From NCBI GenBank assembly GCA_002360495.1, contig DEQO01000055.1, positions 25,645-89,644 on the forward strand: DNA of 64,000 nt. The letters are read 5' to 3'. Each line of letters starts with the position of its first letter. Position 1 is the stretch's first letter. This document shows positions 48,238-57,893 of this stretch, in pieces. The position numbers and the translations under genes are program-made. The DNA comes from Flavobacteriales bacterium UBA3364. Lineage in GTDB: Bacteria > Bacteroidota > Bacteroidia > Flavobacteriales_F > PHOS-HE28. The notes beneath the pieces were generated by a model. It did not search any database and was not told the origin of the DNA. It worked only from the letters and a program-made list of their open reading frames with translations.

Positions 48238-49377
48238 TCAGCGCTTGATAAAGCGCGCCCGGAACACATCGCCGCCTCGATCCGCGATCAGCACGTACTG
48301 CCCTGGGGCCAGCTCGCCGACCGGTACGCGGCCCGGCGGGACCCCACCAAGCACCATGACCACACGCCCGTGGAGGTCAACGATGCGAAGATCCACGGGA
48401 GCCAAGCCCAGCGATGAGGGCACCACGACATGGTCATCCGCAATGTTCGGGCGGAGGTCGAGCGGATCGGAAGTGCGCTCGCCGATCATCGCACCATCGG
48501 TGATCGTTATGGTACGGTTGGCCGTCCGGCACAATTGGTCCGGTACGAATGCCAGCAGGTATTCGCCGGGCGGGAGGGCTTCCCAGCTCGCAGCACCACC
48601 GGTTTGCAGTTCTCCGACAGGTTCGCCGCTCGCGTTATCGAACAGACGGAAATCACCAAGTACAGGAGCTTCGATGGGCAGTGGCTCGGTGGGATCGGGT
48701 ATCGCTCCAAGCACCGTAATACTGCCTGTGTTCCCACCCCCGATGGCATCGACGACCTCCATCTCCAACTCAAGGTTCGCGCAACTGTGTGCGGTGACCT
48801 CCCCCACCTGCGTGACACCCGCACACGCTTGGTCGTTGATCGACCAGGAGTACTCATGACCGTATGGCAAGCCGCTGACCATGATCAGGTTGTAGGCACA
48901 TTGGATGTTGGAGCAGCCCAAGCATTGCTGGGGTGTATAGAGTACTCCATCCTGTCGCACCTCGAAGCTTGTCTGCGCCGGATCCGGCGTGCAACAGGGA
49001 GCCTCGAAGATGGCCGTCCCGCAATGTGCAACGCTCACAGGGCCGGATAACTGAATTCCATCGAAAAGGGGGAGCACTTGGATCTGCGCATCCCATCCAT
49101 TCGATCCGATCTCCCGTTCCCCCTCCAGCACGACCGCTCCGTTATCGTAGATGGTGAACCCATACATTCCCGGTGGTGCGAACAACGTGGGACCCTCGTC
49201 GCCCGTGGACCAGACCACTTGATCGAAACCACTGCCCAATACGGTGATATCGCCGCCACAAACGCCCGGAAATTCATGATGGACATGCACCTCGAACTGG
49301 GCGGTGGCACGGGCTGGTAAACCAAAGGCCAGCAGCAGGCAATACCAGTAAAGCCCTTTGGGTACGATCGCTCCCAT
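48238..49377 (-). CDS. Secreted hypothetical protein with T9SS C-terminal sorting domain
   Basis: 379 aa with signal peptide MGAIVPKGLYWYCLLLAFGLPARATAQ, a Cys-rich middle region, and a C-terminal LRIVDLHGRVVMVLGGVPPGRVPVGELAPGQYVLIADRGGDVFRARFIKR CTD. Confidence 0.75.
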   Translation of the reverse strand: MGAIVPKGLYWYCLLLAFGLPARATAQFEVHVHHEFPGVCGGDITVLGSGFDQVVWSTGDEGPTLFAPPGMYGFTIYDNGAVVLEGEREIGSNGWDAQIQVLPLFDGIQLSGPVSVAHCGTAIFEAPCCTPDPAQTSFEVRQDGVLYTPQQCLGCSNIQCAYNLIMVSGLPYGHEYSWSINDQACAGVTQVGEVTAHSCANLELEMEVVDAIGGGNTGSITVLGAIPDPTEPLPIEAPVLGDFRLFDNASGEPVGELQTGGAASWEALPPGEYLLAFVPDQLCRTANRTITITDGAMIGERTSDPLDLRPNIADDHVVVPSSLGLAPVDLRIVDLHGRVVMVLGGVPPGRVPVGELAPGQYVLIADRGGDVFRARFIKR

Positions 49378-49600
49378 TGTAACGCTCTTATGCTGGTGAG
49401 ACGCCCCGGTGACTTTGTGGTTGCGTGAACGTCTTTTCCATGGATCACTCCGCCATCAATGGGAAGGTGAACTCCGCGTGGATCCGGAGAAGCACCCACT
49501 CCTTGGAAAATCGGCCGCAGACACTCGCGAGGCCGGAGCTCCAGCGCAGCATTTCGCGTTGTGGATGTGGTCGGCTCTTTGGCCTGAACAGCCAGTAGCC

Positions 49601-51460
49601 CTAACGGGTCAAAACGGGGGGGATGGGCGCTGCGATAACGAGCGGGGGGGCATAATACCACCAGTCATTGAGGAAGCTGCGATCGGATGTGCCCGTTCCG
49701 AAGTACGCAGAGGTACCCGTTCCAACAAGCAGACCTCCAGCCCGGACAATACCCGGGAAGTCGGACAACTTGGACCACGTATTCGCCGTGGGTTCGTAGC
49801 ACCAAGTGTTGGTGGCCGTACCCGCCCCGGTTACCAGGAATCCGCGATCGGACGTGGCGAAACCGAATGAATGAGCGGCAGGTTGGTCCGTTCGGTCCTT
49901 CTTCGCGGTCCACGCATTGGTAGTGGGATCATAGCACCAGAGGTCTTTGAAATAGGCGGGGCGTAGCGATACCGATGAACCACCGGTAAGGTAGCCCTTG
50001 GAAGAAATTGCGAAGCCTGCGGCTCTTGTGCGCGCTGCGCCGACAAGGTCTGCCTTGCGTGTCCAGGTGTTCGTAGCCGGATCGTAGCACCATAGGTCCT
50101 TCAGGGCTGCGGTCCCGCTTCCGGCGCACAGGTACGCCTTGCTCCCGAGCACGAAGGCCGACGCACCCATCCGGCCCTCTCCGTTCAGATCCGCCTTTCT
50201 TGTCCACGTGTTGGCGATGGGATCATATTCCCACAGCTCCTTGCTCACCGCGCCATCATTCCCGCACGCCAGATAGCCTTTCGCGCCGATGGCGAATCCG
50301 GTCGCTCCCTTGCGTGGACTGCCGGCTAGGTCCGCCATCTGCGTCCACGTGTTCGCTGCAGGATCGAACTGCCAGAGATCCTTGCGTAACGTGCCTTTCT
50401 CCCCGCCGCAAACGTGGACCTTGCCGTTCACATGGAAACCGGCCGCATCCACCCGTCCATTGCCCGAGTGGGCGCTTCGCTTGGTCCATTGCACCGACGA
50501 TGGTGACAGTTCCCAAACATCCGCGAATACCAAGGTCGCGTTCATTCCGCCCACGACGTACGCCTTGCCGTTTGCCGCGAAACCGGCGGACCCACAGCGC
50601 GCTTCTGCGGGCATTTCACCACGGGACACCCATACGTTGGTCGCCGGATCGTAGACCCAGAGATCCTTCAACAAGGTGGATGTGGTGCCTACACGTCCTG
50701 TCATCAGATAGGCCTTGTTGGCGATCGCCAATGCGACCGCTGCGTTTCGCGCACCCGCCTGAAGATCCGCCTTCCGTGTCCATGCATTCGCCGTGGCGTC
50801 ATAGGCCCACAGGTCCGCACCACCGGTACCAAGTCCCAGGTATCCCCGTGATCCGATGCTGAACGCAGCGGCCCCGGAGCGGGCGGCACCGCCGAAGTCC
50901 GCTTTCCGCGTCCATGTGTCCGAAGCGGGGTCATAGCACCACAGGTCCTTGGTTTCGCCTCCGGCAGAAATGCCCGTACCCACATAGCCCATCGTTCCCA
51001 AGGCGAAGCCTGCGGCATTGTACCGCGCATCGCCGCCAAGATCCCTCTTGCGCGTCCATGCATTGGCTGCGGGATCGTACATCCACAACTCCTTCACAGC
51101 ATCGAGTGGCGCATCGCCACGGGTAAGGGTGCTGGTGTTGCCGCCACACACATAGCCTTTGTTCGAGAGCATGAAAGCAGCCATGTTCGCCCGGGGAACA
51201 CTCGGAAGGTCGGCCTTCTGCGTCCACACCCTCGTCGCCGGGTCGAACGACCATGTATCGTTCAGTAGCTTCAGTTCCACGACGCCGCCAACGATGTAGC
51301 CGATGTTGTTGACGGAGAACGCAGCAGCGCCGTGGCGAGGGGTATACTCGGGAACGGTGGTCTGCGCGTGACCCACAGCGTTCTTGCGTGTCCATGATCC
51401 ACCGGCCGGGCCCGGTGCGTTTCCGATGATGAGCGGGAGGATCAGTAGCCAGAGAGCCAT
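49601..51460 (-). CDS. Kelch/galactose-oxidase-type beta-propeller repeat protein (secreted)
   Basis: Listed ORF 49601..51580; ATG at 51460 gives MALWLLILPLIIGNAPGPAGG. Eleven or more repeats of WTRKADL..ARxGAAGFAIGxKGYLxGG. Confidence 0.75.
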   Translation of the reverse strand: MALWLLILPLIIGNAPGPAGGSWTRKNAVGHAQTTVPEYTPRHGAAAFSVNNIGYIVGGVVELKLLNDTWSFDPATRVWTQKADLPSVPRANMAAFMLSNKGYVCGGNTSTLTRGDAPLDAVKELWMYDPAANAWTRKRDLGGDARYNAAGFALGTMGYVGTGISAGGETKDLWCYDPASDTWTRKADFGGAARSGAAAFSIGSRGYLGLGTGGADLWAYDATANAWTRKADLQAGARNAAVALAIANKAYLMTGRVGTTSTLLKDLWVYDPATNVWVSRGEMPAEARCGSAGFAANGKAYVVGGMNATLVFADVWELSPSSVQWTKRSAHSGNGRVDAAGFHVNGKVHVCGGEKGTLRKDLWQFDPAANTWTQMADLAGSPRKGATGFAIGAKGYLACGNDGAVSKELWEYDPIANTWTRKADLNGEGRMGASAFVLGSKAYLCAGSGTAALKDLWCYDPATNTWTRKADLVGAARTRAAGFAISSKGYLTGGSSVSLRPAYFKDLWCYDPTTNAWTAKKDRTDQPAAHSFGFATSDRGFLVTGAGTATNTWCYEPTANTWSKLSDFPGIVRAGGLLVGTGTSAYFGTGTSDRSFLNDWWYYAPPLVIAAPIPPVLTR

Positions 51461-51640
51461 GTGCAGGTGGATTTGGTCACAGAACTTGCGAAGTCCGTGC
51501 CATTTACCGCAACTGACGGCGTTAGCGCGGAACATGTGAATGTAGGGCATCGAACGTGATGCCGGACCGTGTGCCGACACCGGGTCCGCGCCAGGGAACT
51601 TGTTCCCCGCCGGTCGATCGGCTCAGCGTACCGGCAAGGT

Positions 51641-51973
51641 TCAGCGCCGCTTCGTCCTCTTCGCCTTTGGATACGGTAACAGCGCCGACATCCGGATCAG
51701 CAGATCCGGGAGCGTTCGATCTCCCGTTATTCCTCCCTCGGGTACGAGGTAGTAGTCCTTTGCCCCGGGGAACGGAGCTGCCCGTTCGCACGTACGTTCC
51801 AACGACCTGGACTCCGGCAGGACCTTCACGTACAACTGATCATCGCAGATCAACCCGACCACCTTGCCATCCGCATATAGCGCGAACTCCCCGAACATGG
51901 GTCGCACATCGAACCGCTCGGGACGGCCCAGTCGATCGAGGATGAATAGCGCTGTGTCCTTGCGCGTGGCCAT
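51641..51973 (-). CDS. TfoX/Sxy N-terminal-domain-like protein
   Basis: ATG at 51973 gives MATRKDTALFILDRLGRPERFDVRPMFGEFALYADGKVVGLICDDQLYVKVLPES, matching the TfoX_N core (MFGeygLY.dGk.f..i.dd.LYlK). Confidence 0.55.
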   Translation of the reverse strand: MATRKDTALFILDRLGRPERFDVRPMFGEFALYADGKVVGLICDDQLYVKVLPESRSLERTCERAAPFPGAKDYYLVPEGGITGDRTLPDLLIRMSALLPYPKAKRTKRR

Positions 51974-51975
51974 GG

Positions 51976-52380
51976 CTAAACGCCGATCTCCTGGCACAAT
52001 TCCACCAGCACGCCGTTCGCGCTCTTGGGATGCACGAAACACACCAGCTTGTTGTCCGCACCGCGCTTCGGCTCATCGTTCAGCAAGCTGAAGCCTTCGG
52101 CCTTCAAACGCGCCATTTCGGCCCGGATATCAGCGACCTCGAAAGCGATATGGTGGATCCCTTCCCCACGCTTCTCGATGGCTTTCGCAATGGGGCCATC
52201 GGGCCGGGTGCTTTCCAGCAATTCGATCTTGTTCGGACCCGTCTTGAAGAACGAGGTGATCACCCCTTCGCTCTCCACGGCCTCGCGTTTGTAGCTGCCC
52301 GTGCCCAACAATCGAGCGTACACTTCCTCCGCCTTCTCCAGGTCCTTCACGGCGATACCGATGTGTTCGATGCGGATCAT
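51976..52380 (-). CDS. mce: Methylmalonyl-CoA epimerase (VOC/glyoxalase-fold)
   Basis: 134 aa: MIRIEHIGIAVKDLEKAEEVY...IELLEST...PIAKAIEKRGEGIHHIAFEVADI...LVCFVHPKSANGVLVELCQ fits the Mce family pattern. Confidence 0.8.
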   Translation of the reverse strand: MIRIEHIGIAVKDLEKAEEVYARLLGTGSYKREAVESEGVITSFFKTGPNKIELLESTRPDGPIAKAIEKRGEGIHHIAFEVADIRAEMARLKAEGFSLLNDEPKRGADNKLVCFVHPKSANGVLVELCQEIGV

Positions 52381-52464
52381 GCGATGATCATTGACTGCGA
52401 AGATGCCACAAAGAAGAAAGCCTCCCGTGGTACGGAAGGCTCTCGAGGTGTTCTCGTCCGTGGA

Positions 52465-53253
52465 TCAGCGCTTGATGAAGGTCTCACCCAGCTTGTTGTC
52501 GTAGTTGAGGTAGTACAGGTCCTTCTTCAAGGAAGCCACCTCCAAACGGTCCGCATAGCCGCGCTTCACGATGTTCCCATACTGGTCGTAGACCTCGAAC
52601 AGCGTCTTGCTGGAGAATACGATCTCCTCCTTCGGTTTGACAGGGCCCCAGGTCACCGGCGCAACACTGGCATCGGTGTAGGTCACTGCTTCGCTGAAGC
52701 GTGCGCGCTTCGTCAGGTCCGTCTGCTTCACCCGGAAGGTGTTCTCCCCACTGTGCGGTGTTACCTTGAAGGTGTACGTGTGTTCTCCTGGCTTTCCGTC
52801 TCCCATGACCTCGCCCACCTTCACCCATTTGTTCCACCGCTTCTGCTCAACGATGTATGGCAACTCGCCGGTCTCGTTGGCCGTTGTCCAGGTGTAGGTG
52901 CCGTCGCTGGAGATGGCTTGTTTCACGATGTCGAACGTGCTCTTCGGCTTCAGCACCTCCGGGTTCAACACGACCGGCGTGCAACCGTCCTTGTGCTTCA
53001 CCTTCACGACCACCTTATCGGACAGTTTCAATCCGAAGTTGTTCATGTCCACCTCGAAAGCACTGCTGTTGATCTCGTCGGTGGCGATCTGGTCGTTCAC
53101 CGTGACTTCGAACACGCAGAAGCCGACACCCGCTTCGGAGAACGGATTCTGGATGAACAGGTTCTTGCCTTGGAAATTCCCTTCGATCACGATCACGCCG
53201 GCAAAGGCGGGAAAGGACAGGGAGGCGGCTAGGAAGAGTGGGACGGAACGCAT
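52465..53253 (-). CDS. Secreted FN3-like hypothetical protein with T9SS C-terminal sorting domain
   Basis: Listed ORF 52465..53337; ATG at 53253 gives MRSVPLFLAASLSFPAFAG. C-terminus LFEVYDQYGNIVKRGYADRLEVASLKKDLYYLNYDNKLGETFIKR is CTD-like. Confidence 0.65.
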   Translation of the reverse strand: MRSVPLFLAASLSFPAFAGVIVIEGNFQGKNLFIQNPFSEAGVGFCVFEVTVNDQIATDEINSSAFEVDMNNFGLKLSDKVVVKVKHKDGCTPVVLNPEVLKPKSTFDIVKQAISSDGTYTWTTANETGELPYIVEQKRWNKWVKVGEVMGDGKPGEHTYTFKVTPHSGENTFRVKQTDLTKRARFSEAVTYTDASVAPVTWGPVKPKEEIVFSSKTLFEVYDQYGNIVKRGYADRLEVASLKKDLYYLNYDNKLGETFIKR

Positions 53254-53385
53254 GACGGTAGGGGGGCCTTTACAAGCTGCAAGGATAAGCGATCCTAGGC
53301 GTTTTTCCGAGGTGTTTTCGACGCCGTGTCTACGCAATTTCGACGTACGGGTTTCGCTTCCCCCGGAACGCCTCGTGCAGTCCTG

Positions 53386-53991
53386 TCAATCGTGGTGCTT
53401 CAGCACGCCGGCCCGGATGGCGACCTCCAGGTGGTTCTCGAGCGGTGGAATGGGGCAGGAATAGGCGCCCCCGTAAGCGCAATAGGGGTTATAGGCCCGG
53501 TTGAAGTCCAAGTCCACCTCGGTGCCCAGGGGGCCTTCAAGGTCCAGATATCGTCCGCCACCGTAGGTCGTCTCCCCATTGGTCAGGTCGGTGAAAGGGA
53601 TGAACAGGTAGTTCACATAGTCCGGCAGGCGGCTAAGGTCGATGTTGCGGTAGACGGTCAATTGCTCCTCCTTCCCGTCCAGAACGAAGCGGAGGGTACC
53701 GATGCTCTGGTACTTCGGCTCCCGCTGGCTCGTGGTCTTCATGCCGAAGACAGGCCCCTCCTGCGCCGTGAAGGTTGCTTTTACACGGAACTTGGGGTCG
53801 GCCGCGAAGCGGTGCAGGGAGACGAACCCTTTGCGCTCTTCCTTCGGCAGCGGCGAATGCAAGCTGTCGCTGTAGGCGGAATCGATCTTCGCCCAGAAAG
53901 CGTCCAGGTCCTTCCTCCAGCCTGCGTCACCGATCTGGGCGCTGCCGTTGGTCCACGTGCAGCACAACGCGGCGAAAATGATCGTCCGCAT
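53386..53991 (-). CDS. DUF1684-domain protein
   Basis: 201 aa with a signal peptide; GGGRYLDLEG...NRAYNPYCAYGGAYSCPIPPLENHLEVAIRAGVLK matches the DUF1684 signature (YNPYCAY..SCP.P.EN.L...I.AGEK). Confidence 0.6.
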   Translation of the reverse strand: MRTIIFAALCCTWTNGSAQIGDAGWRKDLDAFWAKIDSAYSDSLHSPLPKEERKGFVSLHRFAADPKFRVKATFTAQEGPVFGMKTTSQREPKYQSIGTLRFVLDGKEEQLTVYRNIDLSRLPDYVNYLFIPFTDLTNGETTYGGGRYLDLEGPLGTEVDLDFNRAYNPYCAYGGAYSCPIPPLENHLEVAIRAGVLKHHD

Positions 53992-53993
53992 CG

Positions 53994-54515
53994 TCAGCTT
54001 GCCGTGTTGGTTTTCACGGCTGCAGCCATGCGCTTGATGTCCGCTTCGTTGAAACGCCCCTCCGCAGCATCCTCGACCACGAAGGTGCGATCACCCACGG
54101 TGATCACCTGATGGAAATGCACGAACACCAGGTCCGCATCCGGGAACTGGGACCGGTAGATCAGTTGGTCCGGTGTTTCCTCGATCACGGTATGCTTCTG
54201 CAACATATCCCGTTCAAGATCGGCTTTCAACCGAGCGATATCCCCCGGAGCTTCGGAAATGGTGATCGCGAAGTGCTCTCCGGCGTGTACGGCCAGGTGC
54301 CCGAACTCCTCGTTCCATTTCACAATTGCGCTGTCCGCCCCAAGCGTGGCCAGATCACCAAGGTCCGCCAGCAGCGGGAGATCATGAGCCGCCAGGTCCA
54401 CCACATAGGATGGCGCCGCGACGTCCGTTGAGTCGGCCATTTGTTGGGCGGCTTCTTTCTTGCCATCGCCGCAGGAGGCGAACAGCACGACTACGAACGA
54501 GAAAAGGTATTTCAT
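53994..54515 (-). CDS. Hypothetical lipoprotein
   Basis: Listed ORF 53994..54656; ATG at 54515 gives MKYLFSFVVVLFASCGDGKK (lipobox LFASC). Confidence 0.6.
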   Translation of the reverse strand: MKYLFSFVVVLFASCGDGKKEAAQQMADSTDVAAPSYVVDLAAHDLPLLADLGDLATLGADSAIVKWNEEFGHLAVHAGEHFAITISEAPGDIARLKADLERDMLQKHTVIEETPDQLIYRSQFPDADLVFVHFHQVITVGDRTFVVEDAAEGRFNEADIKRMAAAVKTNTAS

Positions 54516-54792
54516 GCTCGCGAAAGTAACTGTTGGTGAAGACCCTCGTGGCCAGGGTGTTCGCATCCAGTACCCTTTCTCATTGAAGGATCGTCCAAAG
54601 AGGCCGTGTTTGCAAGATGTAGTCGAACCCGCAGGTGGATCGGCCGGCTTGCCCACAAGATCCCCCCCCTACTAGCCGACCGCTGATGCCGAATTATCAC
54701 CATGTCAGACCACGTGGTACTGAGAAAATACAAGGTCGTCCGTCACGGTCATGGGAACATCAAGATCACTCGGGGCGTTCGTGCCTTCTTGC

Positions 54793-56904
54793 TCACTGAT
54801 CGATCGCCAAGACCTGGAACAAGTTGCTATAGTCGTCGGTCCACGGGCGGAAGCCGTCCGGCATCTTCGCAGCATAAGGCTCTCCGGCGCTGAAGTCCGG
54901 AGGTCTGTTCGATGCGGGGTCCGGGGTGGCCGCCACCGTTACGCGGAAGGCACGGTCATGGAAGATCGCGGTATCCTCCGTGATGAGCACCCATGTCGAC
55001 GGTGAATACCACGGCGCTGTGCTGGCATCGTCGTCGATCACCATGGCCTCAAGGCCCACCGCCCGTGCGTTTCCCGCGCAAACCGGCACAAGGTCGAGAT
55101 AGCGGTTCGAGATGTGGAACGCCAGGATGCCGTCCGGCGCAAGGTGACGCATGTACAGTTCGGTGGCCTCGTGCGTGAGCAGATGTACCGGAATGGCATC
55201 GCCGGAAAAAGCGTCCACAGCGATCAGATCGAAGTCCTGGTCTTGCTGTGCTTCGAGCGAGAGGCGCCCATCGCCCATGATGATGCGCTGTTCCGCAGCC
55301 GAGCCGGAGTAGAACGTGAACAACGAGCGGGCGATGGTCGCATTCAGCGGATCGAGCTCGTAGAAGGTGAAGTGATCTCCGGCACGCCCATAATGCGCGA
55401 GCACACCGGCGCCGAGGCCGATCACCCCAACGCGCACGGGACCGCGTTTCCGCTTGGCGCGCAGCGCACGGCCCACGCCAGAGAATTCACCGTAATACGA
55501 TGTAGGGCTATTGCGCAAAGCGGTTTCGAGCAATTGCGATCCATGTTCCACCGTGCCGTTCACCAAGGTCCGCACCGCAATGTTCTCCATGAGCGTATCG
55601 TCCTGGACCCGCAGGGCTCCATAGAAATTCCGTACCCGGAGCACCGAGTCCTTGGTGATGGTTCGTTCCTGCTGGAACGTGTATACCGCGAGCAGCACGA
55701 CCGCCAGCACACTACCGAGGCGGAGCATCTGGGCCTTCGGGCCGCTCAGGATCCTCCAGGCCGCAATCAACCCCAGCATTCCGCACATAACGAGCCCCCA
55801 TGGCAGTTCGATGTAGGAAGAGAAGATGCGTGGAGCGACGAGCGCGACGAAGAACCCGCCGAGCGCACCACCGAGCGAGACCATCAGGTAGAACAACGTG
55901 AGGTGCTGCGCCGAAGGCCGGCGCCGCGCTAGTTCGCCATGGCAGACCATGCAGGCGATGAAGAGCCCCGCCGCGAAGACGGGAATGCTCCAAATGATGT
56001 TCAGGTCGTCCTCCGAAGCGTAGATCAGGTAGGCCATGCCACCCAGCGCGACCGGGAGCAGGGGTAGGAATAGCCAGCGCCGATAGAGGCGGTCGCTTTC
56101 GAACGCAACAATGAAGGTGAGCAGATAGAGGGCGAGGGGAAGCACCCATAGAAGCGGTATGGGCGCTACGTTCCGGGTGATGTGGTTGGTCACCGCCATC
56201 AGCAGCACCGAAGCACATGCGGCCAGTAGCACCCAGAAAGCGCGAACGACAAAGCCTGGGACCGTAGGTGTGACAGGCCCAGCGACGTATGCATTAACAT
56301 CTGCGGTGATCACGGATCCCGGCACAGCCGCTCGACCGGCCCAAGCGGTATACGCGCACAACACGGCGAACAAGGCATAGGCGGCGCTCCACACAAGCAC
56401 TTGGGAAGAGGATGCCAGCAGTGGTTCCACGAGAAAGGGAAAACTCACCAGCGCCAGCAAAGAACCGAGGTTCGAAAGCGCGAAAAGGCGGTACGGCATT
56501 CCTGCTCCGGTACGTCGCGCATACCAAGCCTGCAACAAGGGACTGGTCGCCGCAAGAAGGAAGTAGGGTAGCCCCACGGTAGTGCCAAGGATCATCAGGA
56601 TGCGCACCGTGGGATCATCCTCGACCGGCGAACGCCACGACGCGGAAGGCAGGATCGGCAGCATTGCGCAACTGGCCATCAAGAGCGCAACATGTATCCT
56701 CATCTGCGCTCGGCTTCCGAGGAAACGGATGGATAGATGCGCGTACGCGTATCCGGCAAGAAGGAGCAGCTGAAAGAACAGGAGACTGGCGCTCCACACC
56801 GCCGCTGATCCACCTGACCAGGGCAGGATGATCTTGGCGATCAGTGGCTGCACCTGGAACAACAGGAACGCGCTCAGGAAGATCGTGACAGCGTATAGCC
56901 TCAT
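54793..56904 (-). CDS. Fused polytopic membrane (MFS-like) / spermidine-synthase-family methyltransferase-fold protein
   Basis: 703 aa: ~13 TM helices in the N-terminal 450 aa, then VGVIGLGAGVLAHYG (Rossmann GxGxG), DAFSGDAIPVHLLT, and a C-terminal domain typical of spermine/spermidine-synthase-like proteins. Confidence 0.7.
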   Translation of the reverse strand: MRLYAVTIFLSAFLLFQVQPLIAKIILPWSGGSAAVWSASLLFFQLLLLAGYAYAHLSIRFLGSRAQMRIHVALLMASCAMLPILPSASWRSPVEDDPTVRILMILGTTVGLPYFLLAATSPLLQAWYARRTGAGMPYRLFALSNLGSLLALVSFPFLVEPLLASSSQVLVWSAAYALFAVLCAYTAWAGRAAVPGSVITADVNAYVAGPVTPTVPGFVVRAFWVLLAACASVLLMAVTNHITRNVAPIPLLWVLPLALYLLTFIVAFESDRLYRRWLFLPLLPVALGGMAYLIYASEDDLNIIWSIPVFAAGLFIACMVCHGELARRRPSAQHLTLFYLMVSLGGALGGFFVALVAPRIFSSYIELPWGLVMCGMLGLIAAWRILSGPKAQMLRLGSVLAVVLLAVYTFQQERTITKDSVLRVRNFYGALRVQDDTLMENIAVRTLVNGTVEHGSQLLETALRNSPTSYYGEFSGVGRALRAKRKRGPVRVGVIGLGAGVLAHYGRAGDHFTFYELDPLNATIARSLFTFYSGSAAEQRIIMGDGRLSLEAQQDQDFDLIAVDAFSGDAIPVHLLTHEATELYMRHLAPDGILAFHISNRYLDLVPVCAGNARAVGLEAMVIDDDASTAPWYSPSTWVLITEDTAIFHDRAFRVTVAATPDPASNRPPDFSAGEPYAAKMPDGFRPWTDDYSNLFQVLAIDQ

Positions 56905-57208
56905 CTGCAGTTGTCGGTGTGCCGATGGCGAAGGTGGAGAACAAACCGCTGTGGGACGGGTCGACCGTTCTTATCCGGTGATCCCGTTCCGCTGGGCTCC
57001 ACGTGCACGAGGGGCGCAAGTAGATAGGCGTGACCAAGGCCCGTCCCGCAACAAACGGCGTTCACAAGCGAACATGTCCATAGCGGTGATGGGATCCTCC
57101 AACGGAAGCGCACACCCGATATCGACTCCGATAGGTTCAGAGAGCAACTCCTCAGACCTTAGATGCGATTGCCTTGTCTGGTGGTGACCTCCCGGGATGA
57201 AGCTCGAT

Positions 57209-57784
57209 CTACATACCGCCCTGGAATGTCGCATTCCCGGACTTCCAGGTCGTGGTGATCCGCTTGTAGTACAAGGTGGCCCTGATCATATCCGGACTAA
57301 TTATTCCAGAAGGCATGTCCGCCGAATCGAACTGGCTGTTCGGTACACCCGGACCGATCGCGGTTTGGATGCTGCCTATCGTCACGTCGGTCAAATTGAT
57401 CTCGTAGTAGAGCGTTTCAACGCCTCCTGAAGTGGCCGTCTTGAAGCAGTTGATCGACACGGACGGAATGGTCCCGTTCTGGGCAAGGATTGTCAGAAGC
57501 GATGTTGTGGCGGCATCCAGATCGATCACCATGGTCATTGGTTTATGCTGGAGCTTACCTGTGGCGTTACCCGTAGCATCACGCGGGAGCAAGATCTCAT
57601 GGCTCAAACTGTAGCCCTGCGTCCAGCCCTCCCGCCCTTTCTGAATAACACTTCCTCTAAGAGTCATACCCGCAGGAGCGGTCCACTGCACATAGTACTT
57701 CAGGCCCTGGGCAGAAGCACCAGAGGGAGAAAGCATGAAGCAGGACAACAAGGCTGCTCCGAGAAAATGGGCGGTGGTTCTCAT
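57209..57784 (-). CDS. Hcp-family (T6SS tube protein-like) protein with a Sec signal peptide
   Basis: 191 aa with signal MRTTAHFLGAALLSCFMLSPSGASAQ. LRGSVIQKGREGWTQGYSLSHEILLPRDATGNATGKLQHKPMTMVIDLDAATTSLLTILAQNGTIPSVSINCFKT...ETLYYEINLTDVTIGSIQ aligns motif-for-motif with Hcp/EvpC (GS..REG....SH, TG...H.P.....D.A.., Y..i.L.dv.v.s). Confidence 0.5.
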   Translation of the reverse strand: MRTTAHFLGAALLSCFMLSPSGASAQGLKYYVQWTAPAGMTLRGSVIQKGREGWTQGYSLSHEILLPRDATGNATGKLQHKPMTMVIDLDAATTSLLTILAQNGTIPSVSINCFKTATSGGVETLYYEINLTDVTIGSIQTAIGPGVPNSQFDSADMPSGIISPDMIRATLYYKRITTTWKSGNATFQGGM

Positions 57785-57893
57785 GGTGGTGGTTTCGGTC
57801 TATCAAACATAGATCATGCCAGGCAAGCAAACAAGCACAGCGCGTCCCTCTTTGTGGGTACACGAAAGAACCCCTGTTCCGGTGCGCCCAAGG

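Noticed and set aside
52030-53232. 400-aa plus ORF
   Set aside because: Antisense to mce and the T9SS FN3-like gene; His/Leu/Val/Arg-rich wrong-frame pattern. The same applies to 53326..54111, 55114..55932 and 61221..62216.
57209-57784. A type VI secretion system
   Set aside because: Only an Hcp-like gene is present. No TssB/C, VgrG, TssM, ClpV or baseplate genes are within the window, and the protein has a signal peptide, which is incompatible with canonical T6SS export.
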